DNA from: Bdellovibrionales bacterium
GTDB taxonomy: Bacteria; Bdellovibrionota; Bdellovibrionia; Bdellovibrionales; UBA1609
DNA length: 64,000 nucleotides
NCBI GenBank assembly: GCA_965205645.1
Contig: OZ242172.1
Coordinates: 463,289-527,288 of the forward strand
Reading direction: 5' to 3'
The translations under genes and the position numbers were made by a program. Below, piece by piece: positions 21,735 to 31,638 of the stretch (its first letter is position 1; each line of letters opens with the position of its first letter). Below the pieces are notes generated by a model, which saw only the letters and a list, made by a program, of their open reading frames with translations, did not search any database and was not told the origin of the DNA.

Positions 21735-21983
21735 ATGGCCGAAAAACTAGCTAAAAAAGCGATTTTAGAAAAAACTAGGGAGAAAACGCCACTGAAAACG
21801 CCAGAAAGAATTTTATCTTTACTGGCTAGGAACAAAAACATGACAGTTACAGAACTAATGCAACAAATAGATAAATCAGAAAGTGCTGTTTGGCGAGCTA
21901 TTCAAAAACTTCAAAAAGAAGGCTACCTAAAAAGAGTTGGTCCAGATAAAGGTGGCTACTGGAAAGTGATGAAAAAAGATTAG
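21735..21983 (+). CDS. Winged-HTH protein, probably the C-terminal fragment of a larger protein
   Basis: KT.EKTP.KTPE linker, HTH, LKRVGPDKGGYWKV terminal motif typical of Fic/ATPase C-termini. Confidence 0.65.
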   Translation: MAEKLAKKAILEKTREKTPLKTPERILSLLARNKNMTVTELMQQIDKSESAVWRAIQKLQKEGYLKRVGPDKGGYWKVMKKD

Positions 21984-22116
21984 AAATGAAAGCAAGTAAA
22001 GAACAATAAAAAACTTATGGGTTATTTCTGAAAATTAGAAAAATGAATAAAGAATATCTAAAAGCACAATTTAGCCCATATTAAAGATGAACCCTAATTT
22101 TTTTATCTAAATAAAT

Positions 22117-22359
22117 TTACTTCAATAAACTTCTAATACTGACATTAAATATGTTGGATAGTCTGTGGAGCGTGTAGAGATTCATGCTGTATGATCCACT
22201 TTCAATTTTTTGATAATGTCTATAGTTAAAACCATGATCTATCATATTTTCTTGAGTAAGCCCGTTTTGTTTTCGGGCTTTTTTTATATTATTGGCAATT
22301 TTTTTTAAAAGAATATCATAACTTTGGTCTTGATTCATCCTTACTATTATTACTGACAC
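22117..22359 (-). CDS. XRE-family HTH regulator
   Basis: NIKKARKQNGLTQE...YQKIESG...NLYTLHRLSNIFNVS. Confidence 0.9.
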   Translation of the reverse strand: MSVIIVRMNQDQSYDILLKKIANNIKKARKQNGLTQENMIDHGFNYRHYQKIESGSYSMNLYTLHRLSNIFNVSIRSLLK

Positions 22360-22381
22360 GGACTATTTATGACACGACTTA

Positions 22382-22409
22382 TAAAGTTCGTGTTTTAATG
22401 TACCGATAG
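22382..22409 (+). promoter_or_regulatory. Sigma28 (FliA)-like promoter
   Basis: TAAA-N16-ACCGATAG. Confidence 0.45.
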
Positions 22410-22481
22410 AGAGACAAGACCAAGATGAAACATGAAGAAAAATATATTTAAAATGAAACTTTATCAATTATGGAAATAAAT

Positions 22482-22565
22482 ATGCGATATATTACAATAA
22501 CAATTTTGCTCTTTATTATAGGTTGTTCTTTGGATGATCTATTTTTGAAACAAACTTTTAGCTGA
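22482..22565 (+). pseudogene. Truncated lipoprotein (signal peptide plus 12 aa)
   Basis: Hand translation MRYITITILLFIIGCSLDDLFLKQTFS*, lipobox IIGC, ends 10 nt before the MTase start. Confidence 0.5.
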
Positions 22566-22575
22566 CACACACGGC

Positions 22576-23898
22576 ATGAGCAAACTAATCAAACTACCAA
22601 AACGAGTTCTTAAAATAAACGTTGTTTATTGTGCTGATAACTTAGAGGTAATGAAACAATTACCCTCTGAGTCAATAGACTTGATCTATATTGATCCACC
22701 TTTTAATACAGGCACGGTAAGAAAGTCAAAGGCATGGGGCAGTGAAGTTCAGCTTGGTGATTTTGATGATAAGTGGGGTGGTGGAATAAATAGTTATATC
22801 TTGTGGATGGCTAATAGATTAAGAGAGATGCACAGGCTTTTAAAACCAACTGGTGTTTTATGTGTGCATCTGGATTACAAGTCCGTTCATTATATTAAGG
22901 TTAGGCTTGACGAAATATTTGGTCAAGGATCGCCAGATAGGGGAGCAAAGCACTTAGTGAATGAGGTGATATGGCATTATAAAACTTATCAAGGTCAAAC
23001 AACGAAATCTTTTCCAAAAAAGCACGATACGATTTTAATATATTCAAAAAGTAAAAAATATATATTTAAGCTTGGATATAAAAATAACTATAAAGAGACA
23101 ATGAATTATAATAGGTGGAAAAAGTACATAAATAAAAATTTACAGATTATATATGGAAATCACCCAAAAACAGATACAAGATTTTCAGCTTATTTAAGAA
23201 GGTGGAAAGCGAATAATAATAGAAATCCAGAAATTGGAGAAGTAATTTATGAGCAGACTGGTGAAGTGATTGACGATGTTTTTGATATACAAGCAATAGA
23301 CCCTAAAAATAAAAATGAAAAGTTAGGATATCCTACTCAAAAACCTTTAGCTTTATTAGAAAGATTATTAGAATCATTTACAAATAGAGATCAAATTATA
23401 GCCGATTTTTTCTGTGGCTGTGGCACCACCTTATCAGCAGCACAAAGTTTGGGACGTAAATGGATAGGAGTGGATGTATCAAAAGATGCCAGCAAAGTAA
23501 TAAGAAAGCGCATGACACGTGATCATCAAATGAAAGTTGAAATTGTGCCTCTTAAGTCACTAACGAAGGCACAGATTTTGAGCCTTGATCCGTTTGAATG
23601 TGAAAAATATTTAGTTAGGTCTATAGGTGGCATACCGAATGACATACAGCGCGGAGATGGTGGAATTGACGGTTACTTACAAGAAGATGGCACACCGATA
23701 CAAGTGAAAAAATCTGACAATGTAGGTCGTCCTGTTATTGACTCGTTTCACAAACATTTACAGAAGAACGGTAAGGGTATCATTATTGCTAAAAGCTTTG
23801 GTCGTGGAGCTAAAGAGGAAGTGGCAAGGCTTAGGCTCAAAGAAGGCTACGATGTAACTCTAGTCACTATTGATGATATTCTTAGAGACGCTGCTTAA
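22576..23898 (+). CDS. Beta-class amino (N6-A/N4-C) DNA methyltransferase fused to a C-terminal Mrr-like PD-(D/E)xK domain
   Basis: DLIYIDPPFN (motif IV) precedes YPTQKP and DFFCGCGTT (motif I); C-terminal FE...DGGIDG...IQVK. Confidence 0.88.
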   Translation: MSKLIKLPKRVLKINVVYCADNLEVMKQLPSESIDLIYIDPPFNTGTVRKSKAWGSEVQLGDFDDKWGGGINSYILWMANRLREMHRLLKPTGVLCVHLDYKSVHYIKVRLDEIFGQGSPDRGAKHLVNEVIWHYKTYQGQTTKSFPKKHDTILIYSKSKKYIFKLGYKNNYKETMNYNRWKKYINKNLQIIYGNHPKTDTRFSAYLRRWKANNNRNPEIGEVIYEQTGEVIDDVFDIQAIDPKNKNEKLGYPTQKPLALLERLLESFTNRDQIIADFFCGCGTTLSAAQSLGRKWIGVDVSKDASKVIRKRMTRDHQMKVEIVPLKSLTKAQILSLDPFECEKYLVRSIGGIPNDIQRGDGGIDGYLQEDGTPIQVKKSDNVGRPVIDSFHKHLQKNGKGIIIAKSFGRGAKEEVARLRLKEGYDVTLVTIDDILRDAA

Positions 23899-23920
23899 AT
23901 ATGCACAGTTTATCTATAAT

Positions 23921-24199
23921 TTATTTTTTAGTAGGTGTCCGTATTGATATAAGACTGTTTTTAAGAGAGTCTATTTTATTATCATTATTTTTTATACCTA
24001 CAGAATTATCATAAACATCTTTATTAGTGTATTTCATTCCAAGCTGAATATTATCTAATTTAGAGCTTAATGAGTAATATGCCCATATTAAACAAGATAT
24101 AATAGTACATATCGTTAATACAAACCGAACCCAGCCACTTAGCTCATGTATTGTTTGTATTTTTATATTGTTATCCATAATTCCTATTCTATACATCAC
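23921..24199 (-). CDS. Hypothetical TM plus coiled-coil protein
   Basis: One TM followed by heptad-like segment. Confidence 0.45.
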   Translation of the reverse strand: MMYRIGIMDNNIKIQTIHELSGWVRFVLTICTIISCLIWAYYSLSSKLDNIQLGMKYTNKDVYDNSVGIKNNDNKIDSLKNSLISIRTPTKK

Positions 24200-24342
24200 A
24201 TGAAAACAATTTTTCTCAAAGCAGATTTTAAATAATATTATTTCATTCTAATGTATTGTAATTTTTTCACGCTTCTCTCTTTTTTCATATTGTTTAATGC
24301 TGCATTGTCGTCGCTTAGCTTGGTTTTTGTTCATTCTATGCT

Positions 24343-24370
24343 TTATCGGAATCAAAGCAATGCGACTTTA
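24343..24370 (-). promoter_or_regulatory. Sigma28 (FliA)-like promoter
   Basis: Minus strand TAAAGTC...TCCGATAA (TAAA-N16-TCCGATAA). Confidence 0.5.
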
Positions 24371-24451
24371 GACAAGATTTTAAAATTCTTAAATTCAATA
24401 AATTGTGTGAAAAAAAGCTTTTTTTAAGATAATTAAAACGGAGGCGGGATC

Positions 24452-24646
24452 ATGAGTAAAAGTAAAAATTCTTCTCATCATGCAGTATTTAAGAAAGTAT
24501 CTAATAGTACACGTGGCAAAGTTATAAACTCCCATGGATATAATATATCTAATTTTAATGTTCTTGATATGTCTGTAAGAAGAGAATCTGGAACCGGTAG
24601 ATTAGTATCCACAAACAGACAGTCTTCAAAAAAAAACATTAAATAA
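24452..24646 (+). CDS. Small basic hypothetical protein
   Basis: SD ggagg before ATG; RRESGTGRLVS motif. Confidence 0.5.
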   Translation: MSKSKNSSHHAVFKKVSNSTRGKVINSHGYNISNFNVLDMSVRRESGTGRLVSTNRQSSKKNIK

Positions 24647-24681
24647 TTCATAAAAAATAAGGCTCATGGTGACTTAAGATA

Positions 24682-26667
24682 TTAGGATAAAACATAAAAT
24701 GTGAACACGGCTCCTATATAAGCTAATAGATTTAAAACAACTAACTGCAAGCCAGCTAACTGCCAAGAACGTGTTTCCCGATACACAATGCTTGTTGTGG
24801 AAAGACACTGTAAAGATAATATAAAAAACACTAATAAGGACATGATACTTGCAAAAGAAAATAAAGGTTTACCATCCAAGGTGCGAGCCTCCTTCATGGT
24901 ATGCACTAAAGAAGTGCGATCCCTGACAATTATATTTTCTGTGGCAGTGTTTTTCATACTAGTATCGGTATGTGTCTCTACATTTTGTGTGGTATTTTGT
25001 AATACAACAGCTAATACGGACACAAACACTTCTCTTGCGACAAAGGCAGATAATAGACTAATGCCCACTCTCCAATCGCCACCCATTTGTTCAAATGCCG
25101 GTTCAATCCATTGGCCGAACTGACCTGCATAACTTTGCTGCACCTGTTGCTTGGGACTTATATTTGGTCGATGAGGAAAGTTCACTGCTCCCCACATTAT
25201 TAAAGCAAATAAACAAATGACCGGTCCGGCTTTCCAGATAAAGTGTTTTGTGCGGGACCACGATATAGCTAATACATTGGAGATAATTGGCCTACGATAT
25301 AGAGGAAGCTCTATCAAAAAATTAGATTTTTTATCTTTTTTAAAAAATAGGTTTAATAGACCGGCAGCTGCAATTCCCAGTACTAAAGATAGAAAGTATA
25401 ACCCAGCCATTAACAGACCTGGTTTCCAAGCAGCTTCTCCATAAAATAAAAAACCCAATAGTAAAACATAAACGGGTAAACGTGCGGAACAAGTCATTAA
25501 GGGAATAACAAAAATGGTTATCCATTTTTCTTTTTTGGAAGGAATCATACGTGTAGATAAAACAGCTGGAATGGCACAGGCGAAACCAGATAAAAAAGGA
25601 ATGAGTGATTTACCGCTTAATCCGACACGGGAAAAAGGCCCATCCACTAAGGATACCGCTCGTGCTAAATAACCACTATCTTCTAATAAATGAATGCCTA
25701 AAAATAATATAAAAACTTGTGGAACAAATATAAAAAACGCACCAAAGCTGGTGAGGACTCCATTGGCTAAGAAATTTATTATTGCATTACCTTCTCCCCA
25801 AGTAGTTAAGCTATGCACCATCCAACCAAAACTAGTATCAATAAAATCCATGACTGGTTGAGCTAGCCAGAAAATACTGGAAAAAAATGTAAATAAAATG
25901 ATGGATAAAAATGCAAATCCAAATACTGGGTGTAAGAGCCAAGTGTCTATCGTTCGTGTTTTGTGACCAATATCGTGATTTTCTTCTAAACTATTTTTTT
26001 TATGAATACTAATTTCCTGTACAATTTCCTGAGCTTTTTTTAATAGTTTTTCCTGACCTCTTTCCGACCACAGTGCAGAATTAAAAGATAGAGATTGAAT
26101 AGAAATTTTTTTTTTGAAATAGGACTGAGCGGTTTGTAACAGCTCTCTCACCCCACCTCCTAGTAAACCTTCTATCGGACAAACAGGTACGCCTAGACGT
26201 TGTGATAACAAAGATAGTTGCATGGATGCGGTTTTACGTTGCAAATCATACATACTTAATGCCAATACCAGTGGTACTCCGGCTGCTTTTAAATAAAATA
26301 ATAAAGGAAGCTGGCGAGATAGTCGTGTGGCATCCAATACCAAAATGACTCCTCTTAGTTCACCTTGCTCAGATGCATCCCATAATATTTGTTGCACCAC
26401 TTGTTCTTCAGCACTAGTCGCTGTATTGCTGTCTATTTTTCGTTTATTAGAATTCCAATCGGATAAGGATAAGTGGTACACACCTGGCGTATCCACTATT
26501 TTCCAAGATAAATTAGATTGTTTTTTACGCACTAAACCGATGGACAAATCCACCGTAGAGCCTGGATAGTTTACTGTTTGCCTTTTATAGCCTGTGATCC
26601 AATTAAACAGTGTGGTTTTGCCGCTATTAGGCGGGCCAATTAGGATAAGGTAGTTACTTGCAGACAT
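24682..26667 (-). CDS. feoB: Ferrous iron transporter FeoB
   Basis: GPPNSGKTTLFN, VNYPGSTV, DTPG, LEDSGYLAR, GFACAIPA, CSARLP, AREVFV. Confidence 0.95.
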   Translation of the reverse strand: MSASNYLILIGPPNSGKTTLFNWITGYKRQTVNYPGSTVDLSIGLVRKKQSNLSWKIVDTPGVYHLSLSDWNSNKRKIDSNTATSAEEQVVQQILWDASEQGELRGVILVLDATRLSRQLPLLFYLKAAGVPLVLALSMYDLQRKTASMQLSLLSQRLGVPVCPIEGLLGGGVRELLQTAQSYFKKKISIQSLSFNSALWSERGQEKLLKKAQEIVQEISIHKKNSLEENHDIGHKTRTIDTWLLHPVFGFAFLSIILFTFFSSIFWLAQPVMDFIDTSFGWMVHSLTTWGEGNAIINFLANGVLTSFGAFFIFVPQVFILFLGIHLLEDSGYLARAVSLVDGPFSRVGLSGKSLIPFLSGFACAIPAVLSTRMIPSKKEKWITIFVIPLMTCSARLPVYVLLLGFLFYGEAAWKPGLLMAGLYFLSLVLGIAAAGLLNLFFKKDKKSNFLIELPLYRRPIISNVLAISWSRTKHFIWKAGPVICLFALIMWGAVNFPHRPNISPKQQVQQSYAGQFGQWIEPAFEQMGGDWRVGISLLSAFVAREVFVSVLAVVLQNTTQNVETHTDTSMKNTATENIIVRDRTSLVHTMKEARTLDGKPLFSFASIMSLLVFFILSLQCLSTTSIVYRETRSWQLAGLQLVVLNLLAYIGAVFTFYVLS

Positions 26668-26873
26668 TGAGCTTCATGTTTCCGCAACACCAGGCGCTCG
26701 CCTGCCACTTCAATAATGTAATTGCTTCCGAAAAATAATTTACCAATCACTTTTATAAAAAGTGTGTTACGGATGCCAATGTTCATAAGGCATTGAATGA
26801 TGTGCCGTTCGCCTTTAATGCCGGTAATGCGCGCCGGAATTTTTTCCGGTAAATCTTTTAAGTTACAAGTCAT
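26640..26873 (-). CDS. feoA: FeoA
   Basis: 77-aa SH3-like L..MG/IG...LRKHEA, immediately upstream of feoB. Confidence 0.85.
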   Translation of the reverse strand: MTCNLKDLPEKIPARITGIKGERHIIQCLMNIGIRNTLFIKVIGKLFFGSNYIIEVAGERLVLRKHEAQCLQVTTLS

Positions 26874-26998
26874 GCATTAAAAGCTAACAGAACGAGCCCA
26901 CTAATTTCAAGATATTTTGTAAAGCTGGCAGATATGAAAATCAAATGAAAATAATAAACACTTGAATTGTTTTAAAAACACAGGTTAAAGTCGCCCAT

Positions 26999-27946
26999 AT
27001 GATCTATCAAAATATTTTAGAAACAATCGGTCAAACGCCTTTGGTAAAGTTAGATAAGATCTGTGCTCATTTAGAATGTGATGTATATGCTAAATGTGAG
27101 TTTTTTAATCCTGGGGGATCGGTGAAGGATAGGATTGCTTTTCGTATGGTATGTGCAGCAGAGCAGGAAGGGAAAATTCAAAAAGGGGATACTCTCATTG
27201 AGCCGACGAGTGGTAACACGGGTATTGGTCTTGCTCTAGTGGGATCCATTAAAGGTTATAAAGTTATTATTGTGATGCCGAATAAAATGAGTCAGGAAAA
27301 GGAGTTGATTTTACAAGCTCTTGGTGCAGAAATTCGGCGTACACCAACAGAAGTGTCTTGGGATCACCCAGATAGCCATATTAGTCTCGCGCGCCGATTA
27401 ACTAATGAAATGCCAAATGCCTTTATGCTGGACCAATATACAAATCCTGCCAATATAGAAGCTCATTATGAAGTAACCGCTGTGGAAATTTTAAAAGACT
27501 TGGAGGACCAATTAGATATGGTCGTATTAGGTGCAGGTACGGGTGGTACCATTACAGGGTTATCTCGCCGAATTAAAAAAACATGCCCAGATTGTATTAT
27601 TGTTGGAGTCGATCCAGTCGGATCGATCCTATCTGGCCATGGTCCTATTCATCCTTATGAAGTAGAAGGTATTGGCTACGATTTCGTGCCAAAAGTGCTC
27701 GATCGGTCACAAATTACTAAATGGGTAAAAACAGAGGATGACGAATCTTTTCAAACGGCATTGAAATTGATAAAAGAAGAAGGTTTGTTATGTGGTGGAT
27801 CCAGCGGTGCAGCTATGGTTGCTGTTTTAAAAGAGGCGGTTCACCTAAAAAAAGGACAAAAATGTGTTGTTATTTTGCCAGACGGAGTTAGAAATTATAT
27901 GAGTAAATTTTTAAACCCGCATTGGATAAACAGTAAAAATTATTGA
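26999..27946 (+). CDS. PLP-dependent cystathionine beta-synthase / cysteine synthase family protein
   Basis: NPGGSVKDRIA, EPTSGNTG, GAGTGGT, YEVEGIGYDFVP, LPDGVRNY. Confidence 0.92.
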   Translation: MIYQNILETIGQTPLVKLDKICAHLECDVYAKCEFFNPGGSVKDRIAFRMVCAAEQEGKIQKGDTLIEPTSGNTGIGLALVGSIKGYKVIIVMPNKMSQEKELILQALGAEIRRTPTEVSWDHPDSHISLARRLTNEMPNAFMLDQYTNPANIEAHYEVTAVEILKDLEDQLDMVVLGAGTGGTITGLSRRIKKTCPDCIIVGVDPVGSILSGHGPIHPYEVEGIGYDFVPKVLDRSQITKWVKTEDDESFQTALKLIKEEGLLCGGSSGAAMVAVLKEAVHLKKGQKCVVILPDGVRNYMSKFLNPHWINSKNY

Positions 27947-27956
27947 TCAATAAGCT

Positions 27957-29093
27957 ATGAAATCAAATTGGATACATTTTCTACTAAAACAAATTCCTTT
28001 TGGTGAAAGTTTAAGTTTAACACTCGCACTAACACTTTTTATTTTCATTAGTGCATTTTTCCTTGGAAAGTTACTCAATTATTTCATTCGTAAAATCATA
28101 CAAAAAATAGCAAAAAAACAAATCAAGCATGCCATAGTTTTAAAACATATTGAACAACCGGTTGGTATGATGAGTGCGGCTTTCATTTGGCTCTTCTTAC
28201 TTAATTTCATGCCGCCTTTATGGATTTCTTTAGGAGGTATTCCCGTATTTTTATCTAAGCCCATTATTGGAGCTATTACTATTTTAATTAAAGTCATCAT
28301 TGGATCTGGGATAGTATGGGCAGTTTACAATTTAGCGGATTGGTTCATTGAATATTGTATTGAACGTGTATCTCCTCTTGGTAAACATTCTTCCTGGCGA
28401 TCCCATTTTAGGCCTTTTATTACTCGGTTTGTTAAAGTAGGAGTTATCTGTTTTGGTAGCTTATTGATCCTACAAAGTATTGGCGTTAATGTTGTATCTT
28501 TAATGGCTGGATTGGGATTAGGGGGTGTGGCTGTGGCTCTGGCTGCTAAAGATTCTGCGGCTAATGTTTTGGCGTATATAAATATTATGATGGACAAACC
28601 TTTTTCTACAGGGGACTGGATTGCTTTTAATGATGTAGAAGGAACCGTAATAGAAGTTGGTTTGCGTTCTTGTAAAATAAAAACTTTTTATGATTCCATT
28701 ATTTGTGTACCTAATGCTATTCTCGCAGCGGCTAATATTGACAACATGGAGAAAAGGCAAGCTAGAAGAATTCGTATTTATCTTGGTGTTCAATACGATA
28801 CTCCTCCGGAGCGAATAGAAAAATTCATTGAGGGGATTAAACAAATTTTCAAAAACAATCATCATGTTAAACAAGATTATTTTCAGGTATATTTTTCAGA
28901 GTTTGCTGCATCAGAATTAAAGATATTTGTTAATTTTTTTCTGACTGTCTCGGATTGGGAGGTTGAATTACAACAAAGACATGTGATTTTTATGGAAATG
29001 ATTAAATTAGCGGCTAAATTAGGCATTCAATTTGCTTTCCCCACTCAAACCATTCATGTGGATAGTTTACCAAAGAATAATCAGGTGCAATAA
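27957..29093 (+). CDS. MscS-family mechanosensitive channel
   Basis: AGLGLGGVAVALAAKD, DKPF..GDWI, GTV.EVGLRS, AFPTQT. Confidence 0.93.
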   Translation: MKSNWIHFLLKQIPFGESLSLTLALTLFIFISAFFLGKLLNYFIRKIIQKIAKKQIKHAIVLKHIEQPVGMMSAAFIWLFLLNFMPPLWISLGGIPVFLSKPIIGAITILIKVIIGSGIVWAVYNLADWFIEYCIERVSPLGKHSSWRSHFRPFITRFVKVGVICFGSLLILQSIGVNVVSLMAGLGLGGVAVALAAKDSAANVLAYINIMMDKPFSTGDWIAFNDVEGTVIEVGLRSCKIKTFYDSIICVPNAILAAANIDNMEKRQARRIRIYLGVQYDTPPERIEKFIEGIKQIFKNNHHVKQDYFQVYFSEFAASELKIFVNFFLTVSDWEVELQQRHVIFMEMIKLAAKLGIQFAFPTQTIHVDSLPKNNQVQ

Positions 29094-29149
29094 ATAGTAG
29101 AATCAGTTATTCATTGATGAGTAGACTAGATATAAAACGGATAAACCAT

Positions 29150-29896
29150 ATGGTAAGAAAAGATAATAGAGATTTTGATCAGTTAAGAGATGTAAAAATT
29201 ATTCCACATGTATTGCCACACGCAGAAGGTAGTGCGGAAATCACCATGGGAGGTACCAGAGTGATATGTTCTGCTTCCGTTGATATGGCAGTTCCGAAAT
29301 GGATACATAAACCTGGTATGGGGTGGGTGACAGCTGAGTATGGAATGTTACCTCGATCCACTCAGCAACGTATGAGAAGAAGCAAGACCACTACGAGTGG
29401 TCGTGTGCAGGAAATTTCACGTTTAATTGGAAGAAGCTTGCGTGCGAGCATTGACTTAAAAAAATTGGGAGAGCGGCAAATTCATTTGGATTGCGATGTG
29501 ATTCAAGCGGATGGGGGCACACGTGTTGCTGCCATTACTGGTGGTTTTGTGGCTTTAGCTTTGGCTGTTCAATATCTTGTTAAGGAAGTGGAAATCCAAC
29601 AGTTGCCTTTGACCCGATATGTATCTGCTATTAGTTTGGGTATCTATAAAGGTGCTATACTCTTGGATCTAGCTTGCGAAGAGGATCAGCAGGCTGAGAC
29701 GGATATGAATATAGTCCTTTCTTCTAAGGGGGAGTTGATTGAAATTCAAGGTACAGCGGAACGAAAACCTTTCACTCGGGTAGAATTAAATCAAATGCTG
29801 GATGTCGCTCAGCCAGCTGTTCAGATTTTGTTTAAAGCGCAGGAAAAAATTATTGGCGACTTTTTTCCTTTGTCTGTTGAGGAGACGATCTCTTAA
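29150..29896 (+). CDS. rph: Ribonuclease PH
   Basis: AEGSA, GWVTAEYGMLPRST, EISRLIGRSLRA, DCDVIQADGGTR, EIQGTAE. Confidence 0.97.
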   Translation: MVRKDNRDFDQLRDVKIIPHVLPHAEGSAEITMGGTRVICSASVDMAVPKWIHKPGMGWVTAEYGMLPRSTQQRMRRSKTTTSGRVQEISRLIGRSLRASIDLKKLGERQIHLDCDVIQADGGTRVAAITGGFVALALAVQYLVKEVEIQQLPLTRYVSAISLGIYKGAILLDLACEEDQQAETDMNIVLSSKGELIEIQGTAERKPFTRVELNQMLDVAQPAVQILFKAQEKIIGDFFPLSVEETIS

Positions 29897-30013
29897 TAAT
29901 CAATTATTACGTTTTATAATTAGTTTTTGCTTTTTTATTCGTTGATTATTTTTTATGTAATTGATTTTACTAGAGAATGAAATGTCATTTATATGTAATC
30001 AGAGGGTTATTAA

Positions 30014-30697
30014 GTGGTATTATGGATTGCTACAGGAAATAAAGGTAAGGTGAGGGAGTTTCAGTTATTACTTCAGTCATTTGGTTTGCGCTTTTTAAGT
30101 GATGTGCCTGGATATTTGTCCCCACAGGAAACAGGCGCGTCTTATGAGGAAAATGCACGAATCAAAGCAAGAAGTTTGAAGCATTTTTTGGAACATCAAA
30201 ATCCGTCAGTACTTTCAGTTTGTTGGATATTAGGAGAAGATAGTGGGCTGACTGTACCTGCTATAGGTAATGCGCCAGGGATTTATTCTGCTCGTTATAA
30301 TGGTCCTTCCGCTAGTGATTCAGATAATATTCGTCGGCTCATGTGCGAGCTACAAGATGTTCCTAAGTCACGTAGGGAAGCTTATTTTACTTCTCATATT
30401 ATTGCTATTTCTCCAGATGGAGAGGAGTTTTCTTGTGAGGGGATTGTCAATGGACGGATTGCAGATACTTATGAGGAAGAAGGCTCCAAGGAATCTAAAC
30501 ATTCATCTTTTCACCATTGGCCTGAAGATTGGCCACGTTTTGGTTACGATCCTGTATTTATCCCTAAAGGTGAGCCGCTTAATTTTTTTGAATTGGGCTT
30601 AGCTTACAAAAATCAATGTTCTCATCGCTTTCTGGCAGTACAAAAGTTAAAACCTATATTGAAAAAACATCAGAAAGCAGGTAAAGAATCAACATGA
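30014..30697 (+). CDS. rdgB: Non-canonical purine NTP pyrophosphatase (RdgB/HAM1)
   Basis: ATGNKGKVREF, ENARIKA, EDSGL, PGIYSAR, FGYDPVF, KN..SHR. Confidence 0.93.
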   Translation: MVLWIATGNKGKVREFQLLLQSFGLRFLSDVPGYLSPQETGASYEENARIKARSLKHFLEHQNPSVLSVCWILGEDSGLTVPAIGNAPGIYSARYNGPSASDSDNIRRLMCELQDVPKSRREAYFTSHIIAISPDGEEFSCEGIVNGRIADTYEEEGSKESKHSSFHHWPEDWPRFGYDPVFIPKGEPLNFFELGLAYKNQCSHRFLAVQKLKPILKKHQKAGKEST

Positions 30698-31638
30698 ATT
30701 CAATTAAAATTTTTACTGGCAGTTCTAATCCAGCTTTTGCTAAGAAGGTGTCGGATTATTTAAAGATTCCTTTGGGGGACTGTAAGCTTTCTCGTTTTTC
30801 AGATGGAGAAGTGCAGGTATCTATTGGAGAGAATATTCGTGGTTGTCATGTATTTTTAATCCAAAGCACTTGTGCTCCAGTGAATGAACATTACATGGAG
30901 CTTTTTATTTTAATGGATTCTATGAAACGTGCTTCTGCACAGGAAATTACTGTTGTGATGCCTTACTATGGTTATGCTCGGCAAGACAGAAAAGTTGCTT
31001 CTCGCGCGCCAATATCTGCTAAATGTGTTGCTGATTTATGCCAAACTGCTGGTGCTGAAAGATTATTAGTTGTGGATCTGCATGCGCCTCAAATTCAGGG
31101 GTTTTTTAATGGACCGGTAGATAATTTATTTGCATTTCCTGTTATGGCTAAAACTTGGCGAGAAAAAAAAAGTTTGGATAATGTGATTTGTGTTAGTCCG
31201 GATGCTGGTGCAGTAGAACGAACAAGAGCTTTTGCTCAAAAAATTAAAAGTCCTATTGCAGTTATTGATAAAAGAAGGCCAAGGCCTGGTGAAGCGAAGG
31301 TGTTTAACGTGATAGGTGATATTAAAGGCAAAACTGCATTAATTATAGATGATATGATTGACACTGCTGGCACGCTGGCTGCTGCGGCTACTTATTTGAT
31401 GGAATCTGGAGCCAAAGAAGTATATGCAATTGTCACGCATGCTGTTTTTTCTGGCGAAGCTGTGGAGCGTATTCAAAAAAGTCCACTCAAAGAAGTATGG
31501 ATCACAGACACTATTCCATTACGCAAGTCGGTTTTGGCACACTCTGGGAAAATACAATGTATTTCAGTGGCTCCTCTTGTGGCAGAAGCCATGAAACGCA
31601 TCTATTCTAAAGGTTCTGTCAGCGCCTTGTTTGAATAA
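30694..31638 (+). CDS. prs: Ribose-phosphate pyrophosphokinase
   Basis: FSDGE, PYYGYARQDRK, DLHAPQIQGFF, VSPDAG, IIDDMIDTAGT. Confidence 0.97.
   Translation: MNSIKIFTGSSNPAFAKKVSDYLKIPLGDCKLSRFSDGEVQVSIGENIRGCHVFLIQSTCAPVNEHYMELFILMDSMKRASAQEITVVMPYYGYARQDRKVASRAPISAKCVADLCQTAGAERLLVVDLHAPQIQGFFNGPVDNLFAFPVMAKTWREKKSLDNVICVSPDAGAVERTRAFAQKIKSPIAVIDKRRPRPGEAKVFNVIGDIKGKTALIIDDMIDTAGTLAAAATYLMESGAKEVYAIVTHAVFSGEAVERIQKSPLKEVWITDTIPLRKSVLAHSGKIQCISVAPLVAEAMKRIYSKGSVSALFE

Larger units (their letters stand above)
20307..22100. mobile_element. Islet flanked by an imperfect ~58-bp direct repeat of the sdhB 3' end (20307-20363 and 22043-22100)
   Basis: atgaataaagaatatctaaaagc (23 nt identical) followed by similar caatt...gatgaa.cctaattt in both copies. 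Confidence 0.7.

Noticed and set aside
26930-26960. Fur box upstream of feoA
   Set aside because: Only partial atgaaaat half-sites; not distinguishable from AT-rich background by eye.
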